The position numbers were made by a program, and so were the translations under genes. This document shows positions 26,730 through 36,332 of a stretch of 64,000 bases of DNA, in pieces. Source of the DNA: Stegostoma tigrinum (Eukaryota); assembly GCF_030684315.1 (NCBI RefSeq), contig NC_081359.1, positions 92,536,838-92,600,837 on the forward strand, written 5' to 3'. The notes beneath the pieces are model-generated. The model had not been told where the DNA came from, searched no databases, and saw only the letters and a program-made list of their open reading frames with translations. Every line of letters starts with the position of its first letter. The stretch's first letter is position 1.

Positions 26730-27464
26730 TTATCGTTCCTGTGTAAAATGCAGGATAATTGGGTTACTTGAAACAGAAGGAATAGAATTAAGGAAGAATC
26801 CACCGTTGACTGCTATTTTTATAACTTGCTGGATAAACATATCCAGGCTTTGGATTTGCCGATGAGATGGTGAAGCATACAGGCTTTTCCAATTCTCCAT
26901 TATATACTGTTTTTCTAAGCTAGTTCTGCCACTTTGAACCCATTCTAGTGGAATGAATTTCAAATCTTCCAGATCACTGTCGACAGATAAATTGTCACCT
27001 TTGAAGATATAGTAGAATTTGGAATTGAGAAGATTCAACAAGGCACAAGATGTAGAAAATACTTGAACATTAACAAGTTTTACAGTATAGGAGCCAACAT
27101 TATGTGACTGTGAGTCATGAAAGATGTTAAGCACTGCATTGTTTTTTATTTGTATAACTGGGGACTTGATGGTCTGCAAAGCCTGCAGCAGAGGTTGGAT
27201 CTGGAAAAAATCAGCTTCTCTGCTCAGAAGATCCAGCTCTCGGAAATCAGCTGGAAGGTCCAAATGCGATGTTCGAAGGAAATTAAGGATGTGTCGAAAC
27301 ATTTTTCCATCTCTGTCTATGAAGTAATTTCCTTGCTGATCCTTACTGGTCGGAAGATCCCCAATAAACAGTGAACCAAGCATCGATTCTGGATAGCGAG
27401 TTAAAGTCATGAGGGAAGTGGTGTATAACATTCCTCCTACATTCAGTGTTATTGGTTCCGACAT
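26730..27464 (-). CDS. KCTD21: BTB/POZ (T1-type) domain protein KCTD21, single coding exon, 244 aa
   Basis: MSEPITLNVGG...FIDRDGKMFRHILNFLRTSHLDLP...READFFQIQPL is a KCTD BTB domain; C-terminal FSTSC and KIAVNGGF segments resemble KCTD21; adjacent to ALG8 as in mammals; acceptor ttacag at 27487-27492 and accATG context. Confidence 0.93.
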   Translation of the reverse strand: MSEPITLNVGGMLYTTSLMTLTRYPESMLGSLFIGDLPTSKDQQGNYFIDRDGKMFRHILNFLRTSHLDLPADFRELDLLSREADFFQIQPLLQALQTIKSPVIQIKNNAVLNIFHDSQSHNVGSYTVKLVNVQVFSTSCALLNLLNSKFYYIFKGDNLSVDSDLEDLKFIPLEWVQSGRTSLEKQYIMENWKSLYASPSHRQIQSLDMFIQQVIKIAVNGGFFLNSIPSVSSNPIILHFTQER

Positions 27465-28059
27465 GGTGAAATCCTGAACTTAAACCCTGTAAGTAAAATA
27501 AAGAGTATAATATGGAATCTTGTAAAGAAACAGCATCGTTCAAAAATCATCTATTCCATCCTGGCAACAATAATCCGGAATCATGTAAAGCAACAAAAAA
27601 AAAAATCAGGAGAAGGCCATTAAGGCTCTTAAGCCTTTTATGTATTTTTTAAAAAAGAGTAATGATAGTTATTAGCTGTGAAACCAAAGACTCCTTGTTA
27701 TGTTACGGATTAATTACCTAAAGCGTGGTGAGCTTCAGCACTAAACACTCATTATGAAGGCAGCATGACTTTCTGTTTCCCTTTTTGGTATTTAAGGGAT
27801 ACTACTACCATTTAGTACCTAATTCAGAACAATTTTGTGCTGCAAGTCCTTCTTGCTGTCAAGTGGTGAGAGAATTACTGAGGTTTCATTGAGCTTTCAC
27901 TCATCATCTACCAGAGCTGGACTCATCAGTTAGTACGAAGCAGGGCAAACCCTTGGGCCTTCCTGATCTTGATTTCTCACTGATACATACAGATAAAAAT
28001 CAGTGAACTACTGATAGAATGTAAACCTTTTTTTAAAAAAAAACTTGATCCTACAGAGT

Positions 28060-28243
28060 CAACGAGGTGTACAGTTGGATGAACCCAGCAGGCCAAGCAG
28101 CATCAGCGGAGCCGGAAAGCTGACGTTTCAGGTTGAGACCCTTCGAGGCCTGAAACATCAGCTTTCCTGCTCGGCCTGCTGCGTTCATCCAGCCCTACAC
28201 CTTGTTATCTCAGATTCTCCTGCATCAGCTGTTCCTACTATTT
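28060..28243. mobile_element. Fold-back PLE family A element in the KCTD21 5' intron
   Basis: Inverted arms; 16-bp TSD cttgatc(c/t)tacagagt at 28044-28059 and 28244-28259. Confidence 0.8.
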
Positions 28244-28748
28244 CTTGATCTTACAGAGTAACCATTTTGCTAGACAGCTGTGCTTCTCATGATAAATCGA
28301 AAGTAGGATACTCCAATGCTAACAGGGATAGCCAAACACATTTTGTTAAGATATGAGAAGGTGAAATACTGTTGCATCACTAAACAAAGTAAACTTTTTA
28401 AAATTATGGATCCCAATTTACTTTGCTTGTCAAAACAAATTGAAATAGGCAATGCGCGTTAATCTTACTAATACCTTTGAAAATGATTTAGTTCAAAGAA
28501 TTAACTAAATCTTCAAAACCATGTACTTAGATCAACAAAAGATACAGTTGAATAGTCCATGAAAATTCTGGAATAACCTGCATTTAATGTCTGTTCTTGC
28601 CTTTATGACATTAGCAAAAGCAAACAAACATAGTCACACCCTAGACCACAAAAGCATTAAGACATTTTAGATTTCGAAAATATTTAAACTGGTTTCTCAT
28701 GTTTCTAAAGTTTATTGCTATCCCAGCCACCTCATTGCAACAACTCAC

Positions 28749-28878
28749 CCAGTTAATTAAAATTAATTCCAAGTTAGACGCAAATGGAGTAGAAACTGGA
28801 CACAAGAAATGCGTGGTGCAGGTGTTCCTTATCTCCAATCTCAAGGTTTGCTCAAATAGAATGCTGGGAAATGTAGTC
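28749..28878 (-). promoter_or_regulatory. Probable KCTD21 promoter and non-coding first exon (ZNF143/THAP11 motif plus splice donor)
   Basis: Minus strand GACTACATTTCCCAGCATT (28860-28878) fits ACTACAnnTCCCAGnAT; consensus donor TGG|GTGAGT at 28749/28748 about 110 nt downstream. Confidence 0.6.
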
Positions 28879-29909
28879 TTGATACTCCTTGTCCCAGAAT
28901 GCACTTCAGATAATTTCATGTGAAAATAAACCTGCTGCACAGGAATTGGTGTCATGTCTTTCTTCCCCTCGGGCTGTAGGCATCGCTGAAAGGCCAACAT
29001 ATGTTGCTGTTGAAAAAGTGGCGAAGCCCCTTCTTGAACCACTGCAAGTCTTGTGGTGGTTATTCTCAGAATGCTTTTAAAGGAGGGAGATCCAGGATTT
29101 CAACCCAGTGTCAATGCTGGAACAGAAATATATTTTCAAGTCAAGATGGTGTGTCATTGGTGAGAGAGCTTGAAACTAATGATGTGTCCATGCACCATCT
29201 GCCCATTCTGTTTAATGGTGGCGCAGATCATGAGTTTGGAAGGTTTTGTCAAAAAGCCTTGGCAAGTTGTTGTAGTGTATGTTGTAGATAGCACACACAC
29301 TGTGCACTAGTGATTTATTTACCCTGTTTAGACCTTTTTAGAACTTGGAAACAAAAACAAAGTTGCTGGAAAAGCTCAGCAGCTTTGGCAGCATCTGTGA
29401 AGGAGAAAACAGAGTTTACATTTTTGGGCCCAATGACAGTTGTTGGGGGGGGGCGGGCGGTGTTCAGTTACTCATATCAAAATATCTGAGTTCTGTTATG
29501 TGCTATCATTGTTGTTATTGTGTTATTCATCTTTGAACCACGTTTTCCTCCAAACAATGACATTGGTTCCCTTAGCCACATCGGTTTTCCTCATCAGCGT
29601 CCTACCAACACCCACTGCCTTTTCACCTGCAAAATTCTTTTGTATACAAGAGAAATCTAAGTCCAAGCAATAGTGCTACTGGTTTCAGATCCAATTTGAC
29701 TGCGTTTACTCAGTACCAGGGCCCAAAATAATGCAAAGCTAATATTAAAAAAAATTAACAATGATAAAATCTTTTACTAGAGAATCAAAATGTCAGAAAT
29801 ATGTAGCAAGTGGATTAGCATAACTCCAATGCTTTCTTAGTTAAATTTAAAACTGACTACTCTATTCAGGCATAATACTCAGTTATCCCCTATCATTATA
29901 ATTTTTAAA

Positions 29910-31310
29910 AATCATTCATGGCATCTTGATGTCACCAGATGGGCTAGCATTTATTGCCCATCCCTTATTGCACTGGAACTAAATGACTTCTAGGCCTATG
30001 AGGGATGGTTAAGAATAAACCACATTGTTATGGGTCTGGAATCACACATAGGCCAAACTAAGCAAGGATGGCAGATTTCCTTCCCTACAACATATTAGTG
30101 AATGAGATGGGTATCAGACTGTTTCCTGGGATGCCAAACTGATTTATGATGAGAGACTAGATTGGTTAGGATTGCATTCACTGGGTTTTAGAAGAACGGG
30201 GGAGGGGGATGGGGTAGTGGGGGAAGGTCATAGAAACCTATAAAGTTCTAAAAAGAAAAACCGAAAGAACTGCGGATGCTGTAAATCAGGAACAAAAACA
30301 AGTTGCTGGAAAAGCTCAGCAGGTCTGGCAGCATCTGTGAAGAAGAAAACAGAGTTAACATTTTGGGTCCAGTAACCCTTCCTTAGAACAGTTTGGAGGA
30401 AGGGTCACTGGACCAGAAATGTTAACTCTGTTTTCTCCTTCACAGATGCTGCCAAACCTGCTGAGCTTTTCCCGCAACTTGTTTTTGTTCCCAAGTTCTA
30501 AAAAGGTCTAAACAGAGTAAACACAGTGTGGAGCTGGAGGAACACTCCACCCAGTCAGGCAGCATCAGAGGAACAAGAAAGTCGATGTTTTGGGTTGGGA
30601 CCCTTCATCATGAGTCTTCAACCATATATTGAAAAAAAAAGTTACTACAGCTACATCTCCTTTCTCAGTATGAGCCTACGCAGCTGGCTCATACCCTGTG
30701 GACTCCAGGCAACATTCAGACCAGCCCAGAGTTCTGATGAAGGGTTCTGACCTGAAATATCGATTTTCCTTTTCCTCTGATGCTGCCTGACCTGTTGTGT
30801 TCCTCCAGTTCCACACTGTATTGACTCTGACTGCAGCACCTGCACGTCTTGTTTACAGGGTAGACAGGAAGGATGTTCCTGATGATCAGGGAGTCCGGAA
30901 CCAGGAATCAAAGTCTATGGATATGGGACCATTTTGGGCTGAGATGAAATTTCTTCAACTAGAGAGTGGCGAGCCTGTTGAACACTAAGGTACGGAAAGT
31001 GGTTGAGGCCAAAAATAAAACAAAAATCAAAAAAGGAGTTGGGTAAAGAGATCACAGGGTATGTGCAGGAAGTGGGAACAAAGTACTGAGTTAGATGATT
31101 AGCCCTGAAGGGCCAAATGGCCTACTATTTTCTATTAACAACAATCAACATATGCTTGTCATTACTCTAGCTTTTAATTTCAGATTTTTATTGAACTCAA
31201 ATTTCACTATTTTTCATGGTGGGATTTGTAGCCATTTCCTCAGAGCATAAGTCTGGGCTTCTGCATTAATAATCCAGTTACATTACTAGTACATCTCCCC
31301 ATTAAATCTG
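29910..31310. mobile_element. Nested cluster: minus-strand SINE split by a plus-strand CR1 3' fragment (about 30115-31135), itself hit by two PLE fold-back elements (30256-30491 family B; about 30523-30850 family A)
   Basis: SINE halves at 29910-30115 and 31135-31310 match the reverse complement of 55390-55725; TSD aagttctaaaaag at 30243-30255 and 30493-30505. Confidence 0.75.
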
Positions 31311-31563
31311 TTCATGGTATATAGGTGTACCTGGCGTTTATTAGCCATCCCTTAGCGTTCTTGAGAAAGTTGTCGTGAGCTCTACTCTTGAACCACAACA
31401 ATCCACCTTCCAACTATTAAAGGTTTCAAATACAACAAAAATAAGTTATACTTTGTACACTGTATTGTTAATATTTCATACACCAATGTCTTAATTTATA
31501 TTGATGAATTCAAATATTTCTAACAGTAGATTTTTGACTTGTCCATCATCCACACAGGCCACT

Positions 31564-31569
31564 TTTATT
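31564..31569 (-). promoter_or_regulatory. Candidate LIPT1 polyadenylation signal
   Basis: AATAAA on the minus strand about 240 nt after the stop codon. Confidence 0.35.
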
Positions 31570-31808
31570 TCAATGTTTACTAAATAAAATAACTTCATAT
31601 TGCCTGAGACATTTTTTGCCGTCTTTACTATCCTAGCACCATAGATTACAATAAAAAGAAACACATTTTTGTAAAAGTCATTTTTCATTGAAGTTGCACA
31701 AAACAAAAACCACATATTTTCGCTTTACAAAGTTACCACCTGGAAGGTTTAGAATGCTAAATTCAAGTTTGTATGTGGAGAATTGATATGAAAAACAAAG
31801 AGCAAGAA

Positions 31809-32957
31809 TTACATAATTGCCATAACTTGCTCACATAGTGCATTCCATTTGGTACACAGTTCATTGTCTTGGGAACAAATCCTTAAATGGGCACTTGCCA
31901 AAATCAGTGTTTCAGTTGGGCAAAACTTGTTGCCAATGAGGTCTGAAGCTAACTGATCACACATTGAGGATGGTAGCCAATCAGAAAATATTTTTATATT
32001 GCAGCTTTCAATTCTGCCATGATTGATGGTCATGTTCAATTCAACTTCTGCCCCAGGTAAATTCGGGTCCATAGAGAAATAGTGGCTGATACTGAACTTG
32101 GGCGTTCTTCCATAGATCCAATCCCAGCTTTTAAGGTCCTCGGTAAATTTGCTAATCCCTGGTAGCAACAAATTGTCTTTCGGATCCACTAGCAGAATTT
32201 TGCTTTGACAGCCACGGCGCCTTGCGTACTCCACTGCAATAGCATCCATTAATAGATCACAAGTTAGAGTGGGATCCACATCACAGAGATTTTTCACAGT
32301 GGCAGGTATACTGGGGGTAGCGTTGGTTTTTAGACCTTGGTAGGGTGAGTGAAGGACAGAGGACAAAAGAAGCCTGTTAGAGTTGCACAGCAAGGTGCAA
32401 TGGTGATAAGCAGATGTCCTTCCAATCTTGGATGCAGTGCCTGAGATTTTAAAGGCTCCGTTGAGTAGCAGGTCACACCTGTCCGTGGCTAACACGTTCA
32501 GCTGAGGTCGGATCCTCTTCAGAGCAGAGATAACCAACTCCAAGTTGCCACGCCTGTCATACCTCTTCTTGGAGGTGAAGAAGGTCAGGTTGATGTTTCC
32601 CAGGTCGTGATACACCGTTCCTCCCCCACTCCTCCTCCGGCTCAGCTGAATGCCTCGGTCCCTCATGAGTTTCAGATTGCATTCCTGCCAGGGGTTCTGG
32701 TGACGACCGATGACCACGGTGGGGCAATTCCTCCAGAGCAGGAGTACATGCCGATCTCGGGACTGCACGTACTCGTGTAACCAGTCCTCCAGCGCCAGGT
32801 TCTCGTAAATATCAGTAGACATGGATTTGAGGAGCAAAGCGCCGCCGCCCCGGGACTCATCCAAAGCGGCCAGAGTGGTGTACCAGGCACGGGAGAGAGT
32901 TCTCCACACTGCACGGGTTCCAACATTCAGCAAGGGCATCCCGCCGCTGCAAAACAT
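31809..32957 (-). CDS. LIPT1: Mitochondrial lipoyltransferase 1, single coding exon, 382 aa
   Basis: NLALEDW...LWRNCPTVVIGRHQNPWQECN...RRRSGGGTVYHDLGNINLTFF, KISGTA, HHCTLL and WDWIYGRTPKF motifs; Arg-containing N-terminus resembling a presequence. Confidence 0.96.
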   Translation of the reverse strand: MFCSGGMPLLNVGTRAVWRTLSRAWYTTLAALDESRGGGALLLKSMSTDIYENLALEDWLHEYVQSRDRHVLLLWRNCPTVVIGRHQNPWQECNLKLMRDRGIQLSRRRSGGGTVYHDLGNINLTFFTSKKRYDRRGNLELVISALKRIRPQLNVLATDRCDLLLNGAFKISGTASKIGRTSAYHHCTLLCNSNRLLLSSVLHSPYQGLKTNATPSIPATVKNLCDVDPTLTCDLLMDAIAVEYARRRGCQSKILLVDPKDNLLLPGISKFTEDLKSWDWIYGRTPKFSISHYFSMDPNLPGAEVELNMTINHGRIESCNIKIFSDWLPSSMCDQLASDLIGNKFCPTETLILASAHLRICSQDNELCTKWNALCEQVMAIM

Positions 32958-32960
32958 AAC

Positions 32961-33260
32961 CTAACAATAAAACTAACCACAACACACAAGGGCAACCAAC
33001 AGCTGCGCCTAGAAAACCGAATGTCAAAAACTGACTCACCTAATTCCCCCTTTTGAACTTTAGTCTGTGCCTGAGCTAAGCCGCCCTCCTTCGGCCCAAA
33101 ATCCTCGGGCTCTATCGGTCACTGCACTGCGAGAGGAAACTGCTGATAAACACCACTCTTTCTATCACACATAGCGCCATCTACAACAAGGAGGTGCCTC
33201 AGAGCAGCCTCTCTGTAGGTTTGATACAGCGCTTGCACCCTCCTATGGATTCTGGGAGGG
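32961..33260 (-). promoter_or_regulatory. LIPT1 5' region: 79-nt 5'UTR intron (32961-33039), non-coding exon 1 and CpG-rich promoter
   Basis: Donor TAG|GTGAGT at 33040/33039; acceptor ttttattgttag 3 nt before the ATG; GC box GGGCGG at 33081-33086; partial ZNF143 site TCCCAGAATCCA at 33246-33257; CpG enrichment extends into the CDS. Confidence 0.65.
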
Positions 33261-33329
33261 CCTATCTTCTGTGACTGGGACGGAAACTTGATCACATTCC
33301 ATAATTCCAAAGTTATATTATAGCTTTGC

Positions 33330-33920
33330 TTGTAATGACAAAGTCCGAATGAGGTTAAAGAGATCAAACTATGCTTCCATCTTAAGTGGTAACTTGAGAA
33401 ATGGCTAAACAAAATCCATCACCAGAGGTCAAATTTAATAATCAAATATAGCTTTCTTTAAGGATGGGGATAATTCAGAAAAAGTGATTAGGACGATAGT
33501 GGCTCAAAATAAATCCAGCATGTAAGTAGGTTAACATAGTGAGCTCACACTGAAGCTGGGGCTGAAAGAATTATTATGTTAGAAACGAAGTTTGGGGAAG
33601 AATATGGAGACCAGCCTCACAGATCTGCTGAAGAGGCTGTTCACCAGATAATGGTACTGTCTAAATATCATAAGGAAATATTGTGAGTAGGAAATGAAAT
33701 TCCTATGGCAGGTAATGTTGGAGTACTGAAAGGTCAAACATTGATAAAGAGGCATTTTATCTGGTGAATACTTCATAAGGATGTAGTGTGGTTCTGTGAA
33801 ACATGTCACACTGGATGGGTAGTGGGAAAACCTCAACATGCAATCAAACTAGCACATTTAAAACTGAGACCAGATTTTGAAGAATCATTCAATACAGTAT
33901 TATTGATTGTGTGGAAACAT
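33330..33920 (+). mobile_element. Gmr1-type Gypsy relic: post-protease linker and integrase zinc finger
   Basis: Degenerate PS*VVT*EMAKQ, WRP, VHQIMV, EIPMAGNVGV.K, RHFIW..HKDVV.FCETCH...VGKPQ, FEESF...IDCV. Confidence 0.75.
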
Positions 33921-34095
33921 GTCTGAAAATAGAATTAATAGAAAATAGAACACTTATCCTCAAAGTTGGATACAGAGGCTGTAATTTTCTAAAAATCTTT
34001 GGATTCTAGAGTAGTACTGTAGGATTGGTAGATTGCCAATGTGACACCCTAATTCAAAAAGGAAGAGAGGCAAAAAGTAGCTTGTGAAACCAGAG

Positions 34096-35404
34096 CCTCC
34101 TGCAGTGCCCGACATGTCCATCCTGGGCCTCCTGCGGTGCCGACATGTCCACTCCGGGCCTCCTGCGGTGCCCGACATGTCCATCGTTGGCCTCCTGCAG
34201 TGCCCGATATGTCCATCGTTGGCCTCCTGCAGTGCCTGACATGTCCATCGTTGGCCTCCTGCAGTGCCTGACATGTCCATCCTGGGCCTCTTGCAGTGCC
34301 CGACATGTCCACCCCGGGCCTCCTGCGGTGCCCGACATGTCCATCGTTGGCCTCCTGCAGTGCCCGATATGTCCATCGTTGGCCTCCTGCAGTGCCTGAC
34401 ATGTCCATCGTTGGCCTCCTGCAGTGCCTGACATGTCCATCCTGGGCCTCTTGCAGTGCCCGACATGTCCACCCCGGGCCTCCTGCGGTGCCCGACATGT
34501 CCACCCCGGGCCTCCTGCGGTGCCCGACATGTCCATCGTTGGCCTCCTGCAGTGCCCGACATGTCCATCCTGGGCCTCTTGCAGTGCCCGACATGTCCAC
34601 CCCGGGCCTCCTGCAGTGCCCGACATGTCCACCCCGGGCCTCCTGCGGTGCCCGACATGTCCATCGTTGGCCTCCTGCAGTGCCCGACATGTCCATCCTG
34701 GGCCTCTTGCAGTGCCCGACATGTCCACCCCGGGCCTCCTGCGGTGCCGACATGTCCATCGTTGGCCTCCTGCGGTGCCCGACATGTCCATCGTTGGCCT
34801 CCTGCAGTGCCCGACATGTCCACCCCGGGCCTCCTGCAGTGCCCGACATGTCCACCCCGGGCCTCCAGCAGTGCCTGACATGTCCATCGTTGGCCTCCAG
34901 CAGTGCCCGACATGTCCATCCCGGGCCTCTTGCAGTGCCCGACATGTCCATCCTGGGCCTCTTGCAGTGCCCGACATGTCCACCCCGGGCCTCCTGCAGT
35001 GCCCGACATGTCCACCCCGGGCCTCCTGCGGTGCCCGACATGTCCATCGTTGGCCTCCTGCAGTGCCCGACATGTCCATCCTGGGCCTCTTGCAGTGCCC
35101 GACATGTCCACCCCGGGCCTCCTGCGGTGCCGACATGTCCATCGTTGGCCTCCTGCGGTGCCCGACATGTCCATCGTTGGCCTCCTGCAGTGCCCGACAT
35201 GTCCACCCCGGGCCTCCTGCAGTGCCCGACATGTCCACCCCGGGCCTCCAGCAGTGCCTGACATGTCCATCGTTGGCCTCCAGCAGTGCCCGACATGTCC
35301 ATCCCGGGCCTCTTGCAGTGCCCGACATGTCCGTCCCGGGCCTCTTGCAGTGCCCGACATGTCCGTCCCGGGCCTCCTGCAGTGCCCTACATGGCCATCC
35401 TGGG
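34096..35404. repeat. 32-bp minisatellite, 41 units, with higher-order repeats
   Basis: Unit cctcctgcagtgcccgacatgtcc plus an 8-nt variable end (atcctggg, accccggg, atcgttgg, atcccggg, gtcccggg, actccggg); three units are 31 bp. Confidence 0.97.
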
Positions 35405-35975
35405 CCTCCTGCAGTGCCACAACGATGCCATCTGAAGGTTGCAGGAACAGCAACTTGTATTCTGCTTGGGAACCCTGCAGCCCAATGGTATCGATGTGGA
35501 TTTCACAAACTTCTAAATCTCCCCTCCCCCTACCGCATCCCAAAACACGCCCACCTCCTCCCCGCCTCCCTAACCTGTTCTTCCTCTCACCTATCCCCTC
35601 TTCCTACCTCAAGCCGCACCCCCATTTCCTACCCACTAACCTCATGCCGCCCCCTTGACCTGCCCGTCCTCCCTGGACTGACCTATCTCCTCCCTACCTT
35701 CCCACCGACACTCACCTTTACTGGCTCCATCCCCACCTCTTTAACTTGTCTGTCTCCTCTCCACCTATCTCCTCCTCTATCCATCTTCGATCTGCCTAGC
35801 CCTCTCTCCCTATTTATTTCAGAACCCTCTTCCCCTCCCCCATTTCTAACGAAGGGTCTAGGCTCAAAATGTCAGCTTTCCTGGTCCTAAGATGCTGCTT
35901 GGCCTGCTGTGTTCATCCAGCTTCACACCTTGTTATCTTGGATTCTCCAGCATCTGCAGTTCCTATTATCTCTGA
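35405..35975 (+). mobile_element. 5'-truncated Penelope-like element (family A): GIY-YIG C-terminus, 3' UTR and pseudo-LTR
   Basis: LLQCHNDAI*RLQEQQLVFCLGTLQPNGIDVDFTNF, homologous to 52270-52400 and 53985-54095; ends in the family A terminus. Confidence 0.88.
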
Positions 35976-35977
35976 TA

Positions 35978-36085
35978 CAAAGTTTTAGTGTTGTTACCAA
36001 TGCAGCGGTGACCTCTAAAAATGAGATTCAGTAATCCATACATGGTAGATAGTAGGCTTAATAAAGTGATGTATCCGGTAAACAC
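35978..36085 (+). mobile_element. Gmr1-type integrase GPY/F module remnant
   Basis: KVLVLLPMQ..PLKMRFSNPYMVDSRLNKVMYPVNT; continues as NTPD at 36317-36331 and as LCHVNILKCYY at about 37545. Confidence 0.65.
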
Positions 36086-36089
36086 GTTT

Positions 36090-36315
36090 CAGAGATAGTA
36101 GGAACTGCAGATGCTGGACAATCTGAGATAACAAGGTGTGGAGCTGGATGAACACAGCAGGCCAAGCAGCATCAGAGGAGCAGGAAAGCTGATGTTTCGG
36201 GCCTAGACCCTTCTGCAGAATTCTGAAGAAGGGTCTAGGCCTGAAGTGTCTGTCTTCCTGCTCCTCTGATGCTGCTTGGCCTGCTGTGTTCATCCAGCTC
36301 TACAACTTGTTATCA
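36090..36315. mobile_element. Fold-back PLE family A element
   Basis: About 90-bp inverted arms centred on gaattc near 36220; ggtaaacac occurs on both sides. Confidence 0.85.
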
Positions 36316-36332
36316 GGTAAACACTCCTGATT

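Noticed and set aside
27487-33040. KCTD21 sharing the LIPT1 first exon, with LIPT1 nested in its intron
   Set aside because: Initially attractive, but a nearer donor (28748) and a ZNF143/THAP11 promoter motif (28860-28878) explain KCTD21 more simply. Occasional read-through splicing cannot be excluded without RNA data.
34096-35404. CRISPR-like look (constant 24 nt plus variable 8 nt)
   Set aside because: The variable parts are only 8 nt, drawn from six related variants and reused. The context is vertebrate with no cas genes, and the unit derives from the adjacent PLE.
33960-35890. Long ORFs (250-527 aa) on both strands over the tandem array
   Set aside because: These arise because the 32-bp unit is nearly stop-free and cycles through all frames; there is no domain, splice or promoter support.
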